Part shown: one piece after another, positions 10,726-19,584 of the stretch | Layout: every line of letters begins with the position of its first letter | How positions within the stretch are numbered: position 1 is the first letter of the stretch | Source: Candidatus Cloacimonadales bacterium | GTDB lineage: Bacteria > Cloacimonadota > Cloacimonadia > Cloacimonadales > JAIOQZ01 | Direction: 5' to 3' | Assembly (NCBI GenBank): GCA_963674825.1 | Contig: OY771587.1 | Coordinates: forward strand, 3,040,001-3,104,000 | DNA: 64,000 bases | The notes under the pieces: generated by a model | Told to the model about the DNA's origin: nothing | Seen by the model: only the letters and a program-made list of their open reading frames with translations | Database searches by the model: none | Translations under genes and position numbers: made by a program

Positions 10726-11606
10726 GTCGCTCCTTGCCGTATGTTCCCGCTTTTCAAGCGTTGTCCGAGTTCATTCATCGCTTCCAGCTTCGAGCCAGTG
10801 TCCGGCGCGATTGCCACACCGGTTCTGCGCACATTCGAGGTGAACATCCGGCTCACCACGATGCGCTCGTCCAGCTCGGGAAGCAGTCTTGTCAAAATGG
10901 TGAGGTAGTCGCTGGTTGTCAACGGGATAAAGCGATCGTGTTGCATGATTTTTTCAAGCTCCGTATCCCGATAGATCACCAACTGATGGAATTTCACTTC
11001 GTCGATCAATCCACTGCCGGATATCCAGCGCACGGTTTCCAGCATGTCGTCGATGGTTTCGCCCGGTATGCCGATGATGAGATGCACGCCCGTTCGGATT
11101 CCATACCGCTTCAGCAATTCCAATGCTTGCTCGGTCTGCGCGTGTGTATGGCCGCGTCGCAGGAAATCGAGGCTTCTGTCGTGGATGGTCTGCATACCGA
11201 TCTCGACCGTCACCGGCTTTTCCAGTCCTTTCAGTAGGGTGCAGACTTCTTCGCTGACGCAGTCCGGTCTGGTGGAGATTGCCAGCTCGACAACATTCTG
11301 TTGTTGTAACGCGGTTTGGAAGATTCGTTTCAGTTGCGTCAGATCGCCGTAGGTCCCGGTTTCGGCATTGAAATAAGGGATCCATGCAGGATGTTTAAAC
11401 ATTTTGCCCATCCTGTCTGTCAGCGTGTGGAACTGGGTGATGACATCCTGATTGGAGACGGGGTCGGTGAAGGTATCCGGTCTGCAAAATATGCATTTAC
11501 CGTGCGGACAGGGAATGCCGGTAGAGAGCGGTACGCGCTGCACGCGGCGCTCGTATTTACGCTGCATGAAGGATGCGTAGGTGTTGATCAGCTCGCTAAG
11601 ATTCAT
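10689..11606 (-). CDS. TIGR01212/YhcC-type radical SAM protein
   Basis: CPHGKCIFC cluster motif; ISTRPDC, EIGMQT, RGH, HLIIGIPGE and VKFHQL motifs. Confidence 0.85.
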   Translation of the reverse strand: MNLSELINTYASFMQRKYERRVQRVPLSTGIPCPHGKCIFCRPDTFTDPVSNQDVITQFHTLTDRMGKMFKHPAWIPYFNAETGTYGDLTQLKRIFQTALQQQNVVELAISTRPDCVSEEVCTLLKGLEKPVTVEIGMQTIHDRSLDFLRRGHTHAQTEQALELLKRYGIRTGVHLIIGIPGETIDDMLETVRWISGSGLIDEVKFHQLVIYRDTELEKIMQHDRFIPLTTSDYLTILTRLLPELDERIVVSRMFTSNVRRTGVAIAPDTGSKLEAMNELGQRLKSGNIRQGATWNANSNGRSTR

Positions 11607-14600
11607 CGGTCAAAAGGCGCATCTGTCCTTCTGCGATCTCGATGAACTGCTTTGCGCCGATCTGTGTGAAGAGATCAATGGCTTTTTGCAGCTTCTCGAT
11701 CGCGTCGTTTTTTTCATCTTGCTCGATGTGGATCATGGCCCAGTTGAACCACGCACGTCCCTCACCGTCTTTATCGCCAATCTCTTGCAGCATGGTCTGC
11801 TGCTTACGATAATATTCGATGGCCAGCGGGAAATCCTTTTTCATCTTGGCGACATTGCCCAGATTGCCGTAGGTATGGGCTACTCCCGCGAGGTCGTTGA
11901 GTTTCTCTTGCAGCTTGAGGTTACTTTCGTAGGTTCTCTGTGCTTTTTCAATATCACCAGCCATAAATGAAATATCACCAATGGCGTCGTAGCAATAGGA
12001 GAGCATAACACGATCGCCGATATCCTGGGCGATCGCGAGCGCTTGGGAGAAATAGCCGGCGGCATCGTCGTTCTGCTCCTGGTAATAATAGGCTTCGCCG
12101 ATGTTGTAGAGAACGATGCACTCCTGCTGTCTGTTACCGGAAAGTCTGGCCAGTTGTAGAGAATTGCGATAGGCCTCAATAGCCCTGGTATTTTCTCCAC
12201 GGTAACGCATCAGGCCTGCAATATCCATCTGCACTTTGCCGTAGCCGTCTTTATCACCCAGTTTCTCGGCTACTTCGAGTGCCTGACGATAGTAGTTCTC
12301 CGCGTTTTCGGTGTCGCCTCTCTTGAAAGCGAGAATACCCATACTGCTGAGTGCAAGCCTAACATAAACCTGATCCTTGAGCTTCTTAGCGATGTGAAAC
12401 CGTTCGTTCAGGTAGGTCTCGGCTTCGTCGTAGCGCGCTTGATCCATGTAGTACTGTTCCAGGATCGAGCAGAGTTGCAGAACAATTCGTTCATCATTGG
12501 ATTTGCGTACCTTATCGAGGTATTCGATCGCCTTTTCCTCGAAGTCACGGCCAGTCTCACGCAATGCATTCAGGTAGAGAATTTCAACCTGATTGAAGCG
12601 TCTCTTGTCGGTGAATTGATCCAGTACAGCTTCTGCAAACTGGATTTGCTCGGTGAAACGGGCGGTTTTATCGTTTAGCCGGGCGGTAAGCAAGCGATGG
12701 TAATCCAGATCGGCACCTTCGAGTATACCTGTATCGAGCTTGATGAGTCGGGTCTCGGCTTCTTTTGTGTCTCCCTGTAGCAGAAGGATATCGATAATAT
12801 GAAGTTCCATCTCGATTCGCTGCAAATCGTTACTGCAATGTTCCTGTGCGATTCGGAAGAAGTACGCGCTTTCAGTGAGAGAATAGAGCGCGAAGTTTTT
12901 ATGTGCTGCTTCAAGCGCATAGCGGAATGTTTTTTGGTGGTTTTCGGCCAGGATGTAGTGATTGGCAATCAATTCCAACCACGGATAATGGTCATTTTCG
13001 TGTTTCCGCTCGTAGTAACCTGCGATGCGATTGTGCAGGTCCCTTTTCTCGCTTCTGAGGATCGTTCTGTAGATTGCCTCGCGCATGAGGTTGTTGCTAA
13101 AGATGTATTCGATCTCGGGATTGATGTTTTTCTCGTTGATGATGGAGATCACGTTGAGCATGTGGAGGATTTCAACCACGCGCCGCGAGAATTCCGCTTT
13201 ACCGATCACTGCCAGTGAATCTACACTAAAGGCACGGCCTACGATCGATGCGATCTTGAGAAGCTGGCGCGACGATTCATCAAGGTGCTCGTATTGCCGA
13301 ATGAAAAGGTTCTCCAGGGTCTGCGGGATGATTCCCCTGCGCAGCATGATTCCAATATGCGCTTCGGTAAGTATGTTCTTTCTACAGTCGAAGTTGGTTT
13401 GGATTAGGCTGCACATTTCGCTGATGAACATTGGGTTACCGTCGGTGATGGTTGCCAGGTTTTCAACAGCGTCCCCGGCGATGTTCGGGATGTCGTCCCG
13501 GATCAGCTGCGCAGCGTGCTCTCGCTGTAGATTTCCGAGCTGGATGTGGATCGGTTTTGAGCTAGAAAGTTCATCTGCGGTGGTTTCCTCACGCGTTGTG
13601 ATCAGAACGCCAATGCCTTCGTAGAGGAGACCGGGCAGTGCGCGAAGGAAGATCGCCAGCGATTTTGTGTCCATCCATTGCATGTTATCCAGTGTAACCA
13701 TCCCGGCATCTTTCCAGAGCTCCCGCAGGATTTCGGCGAAGGTTTGCTCAACGATGCTGATCATATCGAGGTAGCCGAAATCGAGCTTGCCTTGAAGGTA
13801 TTGCCGCATGAGGTTTTCGTCGATGGCAAGATTGTGTTCGTGGCACCAAGTAACGAGCTTGTCGAGGTCATTCGGTAAGTCACCAGCGTCGATCATGCGG
13901 CCCAGGACCTTACGAATGAATTCGAGCGGAGAATTGCGACTGTATTCGTCTAAAACGTAAAGTTCAAAGCGATTTCCGTTGTTGATCTGGTGCTGCAGAA
14001 TGTTGTATGTCAGAAAAGATTTACCAACACCCGCATTTCCCGATATTATAACGAGTCTATTTGCGTTCTCATAGATACTTTGAAGTTCGCAGTCGCATCC
14101 GACCAGCGTCTGATGCTCGTATAGCTGGCGGAAGGCTGTCCAGTTCTCAGGGAGTTCACGTACCGGCGAGTAGATGTCGATTTCGTCGCGGATTCCCTTT
14201 ACCTGCACACGTTTCACGAAGCGGGATTCGAAGTGTGACTGGATTTTGGGCAGTACTTCTTGCGAAAAGGCGATTTCGCCGTATCCCGCCACAGACATAA
14301 GCCGGGCGGAGATATTCACTGCGTTGCCGATGATGCCGTATTCCCAGCGATTCTCGGTTCCGAGCGTGCCGGCGTAGATATTGCTATAGGTGATTCCGAT
14401 GCGGATTCGGATGGTCTCGGTGGGAATTTGCAGGAGTTTCCACGAGCATATGAATGCGCGCTCGGCGTCATCGAAATGGACATTGGGTACGCCAAAGGTG
14501 ATGATGAGAATGTAACCCTTATCGGTGTAGTCGATTTTGTTTATGTTACCGCCCATGGCGTAGACTTTCTGCTGTACGCGGACGTAGAATTCTTGGTAGT

Positions 14601-15351
14601 CCGCACCGTTTATAGCTGGAGTGCCTTCTGCTGGACTGATCTCGATGAAAACGATGGCGGCATTACGTAGTTCAGCGCTGAATTCCATGCCGCTGATTTT
14701 TTCTTTTACTGAGTTGCTGACAAAATTTGCAGCGAAACCACTGTCGATATTCTCGATTTCAAAAGGTTCTGAAGCTTGCGACGGTTCAATGAGTGTTTCA
14801 TATACGAGGATCTCACCGGCTTTTGCGTATTCACCTATCTCATATGCCTGTTGAAGTGCGTCTCCTACGAAATAATAATCGAGGTGGTATTTCGGGTCGC
14901 CCACAATGTGCAGTTCTGTTTTACCCCAGGATATTCCCCCGTGTATCTCGATCTGTACACCGTATTGCTCCTGATAGTAAGTGTTCAGCTCTATAAGCTG
15001 TTCGAACATCGCGCTACGGCAACGGACGATGCGGGAAAGGGACTCTTTCTTTGATCCGGGAAAAACTGAAAGGAGCGAATCACCGCCGTATTTGACGAGA
15101 TAGCCTCCATGGGTGCGAATGCAGGTGTCCATTGCGTTGAAATAGCGATTGAGAACACCAGTAATCGTCTCGACACCGTAATGACCTGATCCGCTTACTT
15201 GCTCAGTGAGATGTGTGAATGATTTGATGTCGGTAAATAGGATCCCCATCTCACTTGAATGCAGAATTGGAAGCGGTATTTGCTCGATACTAACATACTG
15301 TCGAATCAGTTCGTGAATGTTGCCGGGGATGATACCTCGCAAGTCTTTCAT
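11596..15351 (-). CDS. Tandem class III adenylate/guanylate cyclase + STAND AAA ATPase + TPR protein (soluble-AC-like architecture)
   Basis: C1: FTDIKSFT, KYGGDS; C2: DKG, GNAVNISARL; Walker A GNAGVGKS; LDNMQWMD; GNPMF; C-terminal TPRs. Confidence 0.9.
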   Translation of the reverse strand: MKDLRGIIPGNIHELIRQYVSIEQIPLPILHSSEMGILFTDIKSFTHLTEQVSGSGHYGVETITGVLNRYFNAMDTCIRTHGGYLVKYGGDSLLSVFPGSKKESLSRIVRCRSAMFEQLIELNTYYQEQYGVQIEIHGGISWGKTELHIVGDPKYHLDYYFVGDALQQAYEIGEYAKAGEILVYETLIEPSQASEPFEIENIDSGFAANFVSNSVKEKISGMEFSAELRNAAIVFIEISPAEGTPAINGADYQEFYVRVQQKVYAMGGNINKIDYTDKGYILIITFGVPNVHFDDAERAFICSWKLLQIPTETIRIRIGITYSNIYAGTLGTENRWEYGIIGNAVNISARLMSVAGYGEIAFSQEVLPKIQSHFESRFVKRVQVKGIRDEIDIYSPVRELPENWTAFRQLYEHQTLVGCDCELQSIYENANRLVIISGNAGVGKSFLTYNILQHQINNGNRFELYVLDEYSRNSPLEFIRKVLGRMIDAGDLPNDLDKLVTWCHEHNLAIDENLMRQYLQGKLDFGYLDMISIVEQTFAEILRELWKDAGMVTLDNMQWMDTKSLAIFLRALPGLLYEGIGVLITTREETTADELSSSKPIHIQLGNLQREHAAQLIRDDIPNIAGDAVENLATITDGNPMFISEMCSLIQTNFDCRKNILTEAHIGIMLRRGIIPQTLENLFIRQYEHLDESSRQLLKIASIVGRAFSVDSLAVIGKAEFSRRVVEILHMLNVISIINEKNINPEIEYIFSNNLMREAIYRTILRSEKRDLHNRIAGYYERKHENDHYPWLELIANHYILAENHQKTFRYALEAAHKNFALYSLTESAYFFRIAQEHCSNDLQRIEMELHIIDILLLQGDTKEAETRLIKLDTGILEGADLDYHRLLTARLNDKTARFTEQIQFAEAVLDQFTDKRRFNQVEILYLNALRETGRDFEEKAIEYLDKVRKSNDERIVLQLCSILEQYYMDQARYDEAETYLNERFHIAKKLKDQVYVRLALSSMGILAFKRGDTENAENYYRQALEVAEKLGDKDGYGKVQMDIAGLMRYRGENTRAIEAYRNSLQLARLSGNRQQECIVLYNIGEAYYYQEQNDDAAGYFSQALAIAQDIGDRVMLSYCYDAIGDISFMAGDIEKAQRTYESNLKLQEKLNDLAGVAHTYGNLGNVAKMKKDFPLAIEYYRKQQTMLQEIGDKDGEGRAWFNWAMIHIEQDEKNDAIEKLQKAIDLFTQIGAKQFIEIAEGQMRLLTDES

Positions 15352-15425
15352 CTATTCCTCGTCGGTTTGTTATCATGATAAGCTTGCGGAACGGCTCCGA
15401 TTTGTAAAGGTTTATTATGGATGGT

Positions 15426-15555
15426 TCCCGCACGCATCTTTGCCCGATCACTTCCCTCGCGTGGATATACCGCGGCTATCTTACTACCAGACATGAATAT
15501 AAAGCCGCGGAACACCACTGCTCGGAGCGTGATCGAACGAATCTGCTGTGCGGAG
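15426..15555. other. Unassigned ~130-nt rod-like hairpin (candidate ncRNA or non-autonomous element)
   Basis: Nested complementary blocks CCGCAC/GTGCGG, GATCAC/GTGATC, GTGG/CCAC, CCGCGGCT/AGCCGCGG. Confidence 0.5.
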
Positions 15556-15562
15556 ATGATAT

Positions 15563-15592
15563 AAAGAAACCCGGGGCTTTCACCCCGGGTTA
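15563..15592 (-). terminator. Intrinsic terminator of the P-loop NTPase gene
   Basis: Minus strand AACCCGGGG-TGAAAG-CCCCGGGTT-TCTTT. Confidence 0.8.
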
Positions 15593-15605
15593 TGACTGAA
15601 GTTCG

Positions 15606-16286
15606 TTATTGATTGACTGCGTATTCTTCCCACGGCTTGCGCAGGTAATATTTCATGATATGGCGATGCTGTTCACCGTCATTTTCCGGGATCATGCCGG
15701 CATACTTCTCGAGCGCGAGGTATTCTTTGAAGAGTACACTTTTCTGCTTGGCCGCTTCGCGAATAATTTCCACTCCTTCTGCGACCACCTCACGTGTGGT
15801 GAACTCCATCAGGTTGGTGTTACAGACGAATTCGCCGATTTCGAGACCGGATGTGTACTCAAGCATGCTCGCCATGACGAGGATTTCATCCACTGTAGAT
15901 GTAAAAGGTCTCCGGGTGTTGACGACAAGCTTGAGGTGATAGCCGCGCTCTTTGATCTCCTGCTTGAAACGGGCAAGTGTACGGCTGCCATTGGGATCGC
16001 CACCCACGTCGAGTATGACCAGCTTGTCCTGCTGCTGAATCGCACCGCGGATACGGGGCGAGATCATGGGCACGTCCGCGTGGGAATAGCTACCTTCAGG
16101 CGCAACCACTTCGATACCGTGCTGTTGGAACTCCTCGCGCACCTCACGGCTGCGGAAATATGGGTTCACAACGTCAAGATCGACAAGCGCTACGTCCTCC
16201 GCGCGCTTCTCGAATGCCAGATTGACAGAATATTCGCTCTTGCCGCTTCCATAAGCGCCAATAATGATTATCAGATCTTTTTTCAT
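15606..16286 (-). CDS. P-loop NTPase (MinD/CobQ-like ATP-binding protein)
   Basis: GAYGSGKSE, DLDVVNPYFRSRE, DVGGD and N..RPFT motifs; AAGGAG RBS. Confidence 0.85.
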   Translation of the reverse strand: MKKDLIIIIGAYGSGKSEYSVNLAFEKRAEDVALVDLDVVNPYFRSREVREEFQQHGIEVVAPEGSYSHADVPMISPRIRGAIQQQDKLVILDVGGDPNGSRTLARFKQEIKERGYHLKLVVNTRRPFTSTVDEILVMASMLEYTSGLEIGEFVCNTNLMEFTTREVVAEGVEIIREAAKQKSVLFKEYLALEKYAGMIPENDGEQHRHIMKYYLRKPWEEYAVNQ

Positions 16287-16304
16287 TTTCAACTCCTTCG
16301 CGAC

Positions 16305-16332
16305 AAACTAAGCGAGCTTCTTCTTCAGGCAA
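16305..16332 (-). promoter_or_regulatory. Putative sigma70 promoter
   Basis: TTGCCT-N16-TAGTTT just upstream of the RBS. Confidence 0.45.
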
Positions 16333-16337
16333 GCGAA

Positions 16338-17870
16338 TTATCTGACTGGTATATAAAGCTCGTTAACCCACAACGCTTTACGATCGAAATTCTTCCTGAA
16401 CTGGTTGCGAATGTAGTCTCGGTCGTATGTCACGAGATCATTGAAAACCTCCACGCCGTTGACGATTACTTTCACTGGATCCTGCATGTTGACCATCTCC
16501 GGGTGGATGCGGATTTTCAGCGCGCTGATTCTGGAAGTGCGGATATCGAAAATGTTACCGTAGAAATCGGCATCGACTCGCGCTGATTTTCGCGGATAAT
16601 AAAAGGCGTTGAAGAAACCGGCATCGGGAATGGTTCCTTCCAGCAGGACTTCCTCGCCATCGCGAATGACCTTCAGCGCGATAGGATTGCCGAATGTGGT
16701 TTTATTCTTCATGGTGGCGATATCCGGGATGGTTTTCACTGGCTCGCCATCGAATTCGATGATCACATCGCCGGGTGCAAGACCTATTGAGCTGGCAATT
16801 GTCTCTCCGCCGGAAAGCTTAAGAACTCGGACACCACTATCGTTGAATTCCGGATCGATGTGAAAACCGATAGTCAGGCGGGTGTTCTGAATGCTGTCCT
16901 GATAGGTGATCTGCCAGGGTTGTGCGTCCATAGTAGTGTCGATACGTGCGATAGAAAGCCAGTCGCAATCGCCGAACATAGCTTTATCCGTTTCCCAGGT
17001 GATGTGTGGTGAAAATGGATCGCGCGGGTGCCGCTTCATGAAGTCGAAGGTGAAGTCGAGATGGCTTTCGATGTAGGAATCGTCATGCTTGAAGCCGTTG
17101 AATTCCTTGTAGATAATGTTAGCACCGGCATCGAGGGCAAGCTTGATATACTTGCGCATTTCCTGCGTAGGGTAGAGGCCATCCTGGTCAGTGTTGCTGG
17201 CGAATATTGGCCTGTTGGAGAGGTTCACCACATACGCGCCCTGGTTGTTCGAGAAGCTGCCGACCGACATCATACCGATCAATGGAATGAACGCGCTGAA
17301 CTCGGATGGACGTGTGAATGCCAGATGATAAGAACCAGAACCACCATCGGAGGTGCCGCTGACGAATACGCGGTCATCGTCGATATTGAGCTGGGTTTTA
17401 AGGTAGAACAGGATGCCGTGGACCATCTCATAGCCCGACTCGTCCCACCATTCACAGTCTTCCTTGCTCTGTGGACATACTACAATGTAGTCCTTTGCGT
17501 AATCGTTGAAGAGATACTTGAAGTCCATCAGGTTTTGCGGGTAGTCTTCATAGAAATAGGTTACGCCGATACCTCCATGCAGGTAGAGAAGTACGGGCGT
17601 AGGCGTTGCCGGGTTGTAGCTTTCTGGTACGAATACGTGAAACGGTGCGTTCGTTGTGTCGTTTACCGGATGACTCAGGCTGACGAGCTCACCGGGCTTC
17701 TCCCAGGCGGGATAGTCGTTGAGTGTGGTGAGTTGCTCGTATAATCCGTTGGCGTCGAGCGTGTTGTCTTGCAGCAGGTTTTTCATCGATGATGGAAGCG
17801 TGTTCGGCTGAATCGCTACAAGAGCTATTCCAGCAAAGAGACATATAATTATTAAGGCAGCTCTCTTCAT
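16338..17870 (-). CDS. Exported alpha/beta-hydrolase (esterase/peptidase-like) with PDZ domain
   Basis: Signal peptide; YLHGG, GTSDGG nucleophile elbow, candidate Asp/His; PDZ GLAPGDVIIEFDG. Confidence 0.85.
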   Translation of the reverse strand: MKRAALIIICLFAGIALVAIQPNTLPSSMKNLLQDNTLDANGLYEQLTTLNDYPAWEKPGELVSLSHPVNDTTNAPFHVFVPESYNPATPTPVLLYLHGGIGVTYFYEDYPQNLMDFKYLFNDYAKDYIVVCPQSKEDCEWWDESGYEMVHGILFYLKTQLNIDDDRVFVSGTSDGGSGSYHLAFTRPSEFSAFIPLIGMMSVGSFSNNQGAYVVNLSNRPIFASNTDQDGLYPTQEMRKYIKLALDAGANIIYKEFNGFKHDDSYIESHLDFTFDFMKRHPRDPFSPHITWETDKAMFGDCDWLSIARIDTTMDAQPWQITYQDSIQNTRLTIGFHIDPEFNDSGVRVLKLSGGETIASSIGLAPGDVIIEFDGEPVKTIPDIATMKNKTTFGNPIALKVIRDGEEVLLEGTIPDAGFFNAFYYPRKSARVDADFYGNIFDIRTSRISALKIRIHPEMVNMQDPVKVIVNGVEVFNDLVTYDRDYIRNQFRKNFDRKALWVNELYIPVR

Positions 17871-18123
17871 GTCATTCTCCAGAAGATTGATTTTGTGCCA
17901 TCGTTGTGCAAAGATGAAGGATTGGCAATCATTTTGTAATGAGGCCTGATATCTAACTGTTATCCTTCGACTCCACTCAGGATGTCACGGAGGGAAAATG
18001 AAGGATGACACGAAGGAGTATAAACAAGATTACATAAAGGTTTTTCACGATTCATCCTGAAATTGAGCGTAGAAATATCTTGACTCTGGTTGTTACACTG
18101 CAAGTACTGCAAAAGGAATAAAT

Positions 18124-18906
18124 ATGGATTTAATTCGCATACGCAAGATCACACAGATTGTGTTTCTCGTCGCTTCGGTGGCGATGTTCGTGCTTCTGGC
18201 ATTCGGTATCATAGATGCCGTTGCACATGAGTTCTGCCCATTTTCTGAGGTCTGTTTTGGTCTGTTCGGGCTGAACCCGAGGGTGCAGATTTTCTTTTTC
18301 CCGGTTGCGACTATTATCGGGTTTGCACTCACGCTGATACCCCTCTTTCTGGGCAGGGTTTTCTGCAGCTACGCGTGTCCGTTCGGCACGATCCAGGAAT
18401 TGCTGTTCAAGCTACGGCGCACGAAGAAGAAATTCAAGCACCCGATCCCTTACAATATCAATCGCTACATGACGCTTATCAAATACGGCGTTCTTCTGCT
18501 CACGATCGTTGCCGCTTTTTTCGGCTGGCAGCGGATTTACATGGGTTTTTGCCCAGCGCTGGTGTTCTCGCAACCTTTGCGGATTGCGATTCCTGGAATC
18601 CTGACGCTAATCTCGCTACTGATCGGTGGATTCTGGATCGAGCGCTTTTTCTGCCGCTATCTGTGCCCATTTGCTGCGCTGATGAATCTGATGGAATATC
18701 TCGGAGGGTTCTTCGGAATCAAGCGGATCAAAATCTATCGGAATATCCAAACAAGTCTCAATTGCTTCACCTGCGCGAATTACTGCCCGATGCAGATCGA
18801 TATAGGATATCTGGAGACCATCGAGAGCCCGAATTGTATCCAGTGCCGACTGTGCGTTCGGAAATGTTCAAAGAAAGACGCGTCCTGCTGTTGCTATCGG
18901 GATTAG
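18124..18906 (+). CDS. Membrane polyferredoxin, NapH/YccM-type 4Fe-4S binding protein
   Basis: GRVFCSYACPFG, RFFCRYLCP, two CxxCxxCxxxC motifs, TM helices. Confidence 0.9.
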   Translation: MDLIRIRKITQIVFLVASVAMFVLLAFGIIDAVAHEFCPFSEVCFGLFGLNPRVQIFFFPVATIIGFALTLIPLFLGRVFCSYACPFGTIQELLFKLRRTKKKFKHPIPYNINRYMTLIKYGVLLLTIVAAFFGWQRIYMGFCPALVFSQPLRIAIPGILTLISLLIGGFWIERFFCRYLCPFAALMNLMEYLGGFFGIKRIKIYRNIQTSLNCFTCANYCPMQIDIGYLETIESPNCIQCRLCVRKCSKKDASCCCYRD

Positions 18907-18909
18907 CGT

Positions 18910-19584
18910 TTAAACCCTTATCGGATTGACCGCTGTAACCGACGTCACCGTCGTAGTGACGATTTCGTTGAGGTCGTTGACCGCTTTATTGACCGCCTGA
19001 CCGATCAGATCCATCTTTGATAGCTGAACGATTCTCTTGTAGGCCTGTTTGCGCTCACTCGGCTCGAAGAGCTCATCCACCAGATCACACGCCTGAATCA
19101 AGCTGATGATGACCACATCGCGTGGATCGGGAAGCTCGTCGGTGAGAATGATGTGGCGGATTCGGGTGCGGACTTCCGTCTCCTGGGTGTTGTCGATCAT
19201 GGGATAACGACGCGTCGAGAATACCCAGAGAATCTTGTGCTCATCCACCTTCAGGATACCTCGATCAACCAATCTCTGTAACAGAACATCCTTTATATTC
19301 TGGTAGTTACAGGCAATTTCCTGAACCCAACACTTTGCGCTTTTCTCGTGCGATACGAGCTGCGATAGGACTGTGTCGAGCGTTTTATCGCCTGTAGGTG
19401 TATTGTCGGTTACGTCCAGCAACTTGAGGTCTGTATCGATTCGATTGAGAAATGCGAGCTCCATCAGGATAGCGCCAGCGAGCGCATATTCGAGTGACAT
19501 GGACGGCATTTCTACGAAAGAGCCCTTGTCGTCATTGATTGCCAGCAGGAGCAGTTCTTCAGCAAAAGTCAATTCTCTGGTCAT
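18910..19584 (-). CDS. GPP34 (Golgi phosphoprotein 3-like) family protein
   Basis: LTFAEELLLLA, LAGAILMELA, TGD..LD and F...RYP motifs. Confidence 0.85.
   Translation of the reverse strand: MTRELTFAEELLLLAINDDKGSFVEMPSMSLEYALAGAILMELAFLNRIDTDLKLLDVTDNTPTGDKTLDTVLSQLVSHEKSAKCWVQEIACNYQNIKDVLLQRLVDRGILKVDEHKILWVFSTRRYPMIDNTQETEVRTRIRHIILTDELPDPRDVVIISLIQACDLVDELFEPSERKQAYKRIVQLSKMDLIGQAVNKAVNDLNEIVTTTVTSVTAVNPIRV

Noticed and set aside
6332..10908. Many long plus-strand ORFs antisense to the TPR/DUF4175 genes (likewise 15609-16586 and 28034-28957)
   Set aside because: Shadow ORFs caused by codon bias of the real genes; no RBS or recognisable motifs
15470..15510. Faint resemblance of minus-strand TCATGTCTGGTAGTAAGATAGCC to SRP RNA domain IV
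   Set aside because: The invariant CAGG/AGCA loop and the GNRA-closing stem are not preserved
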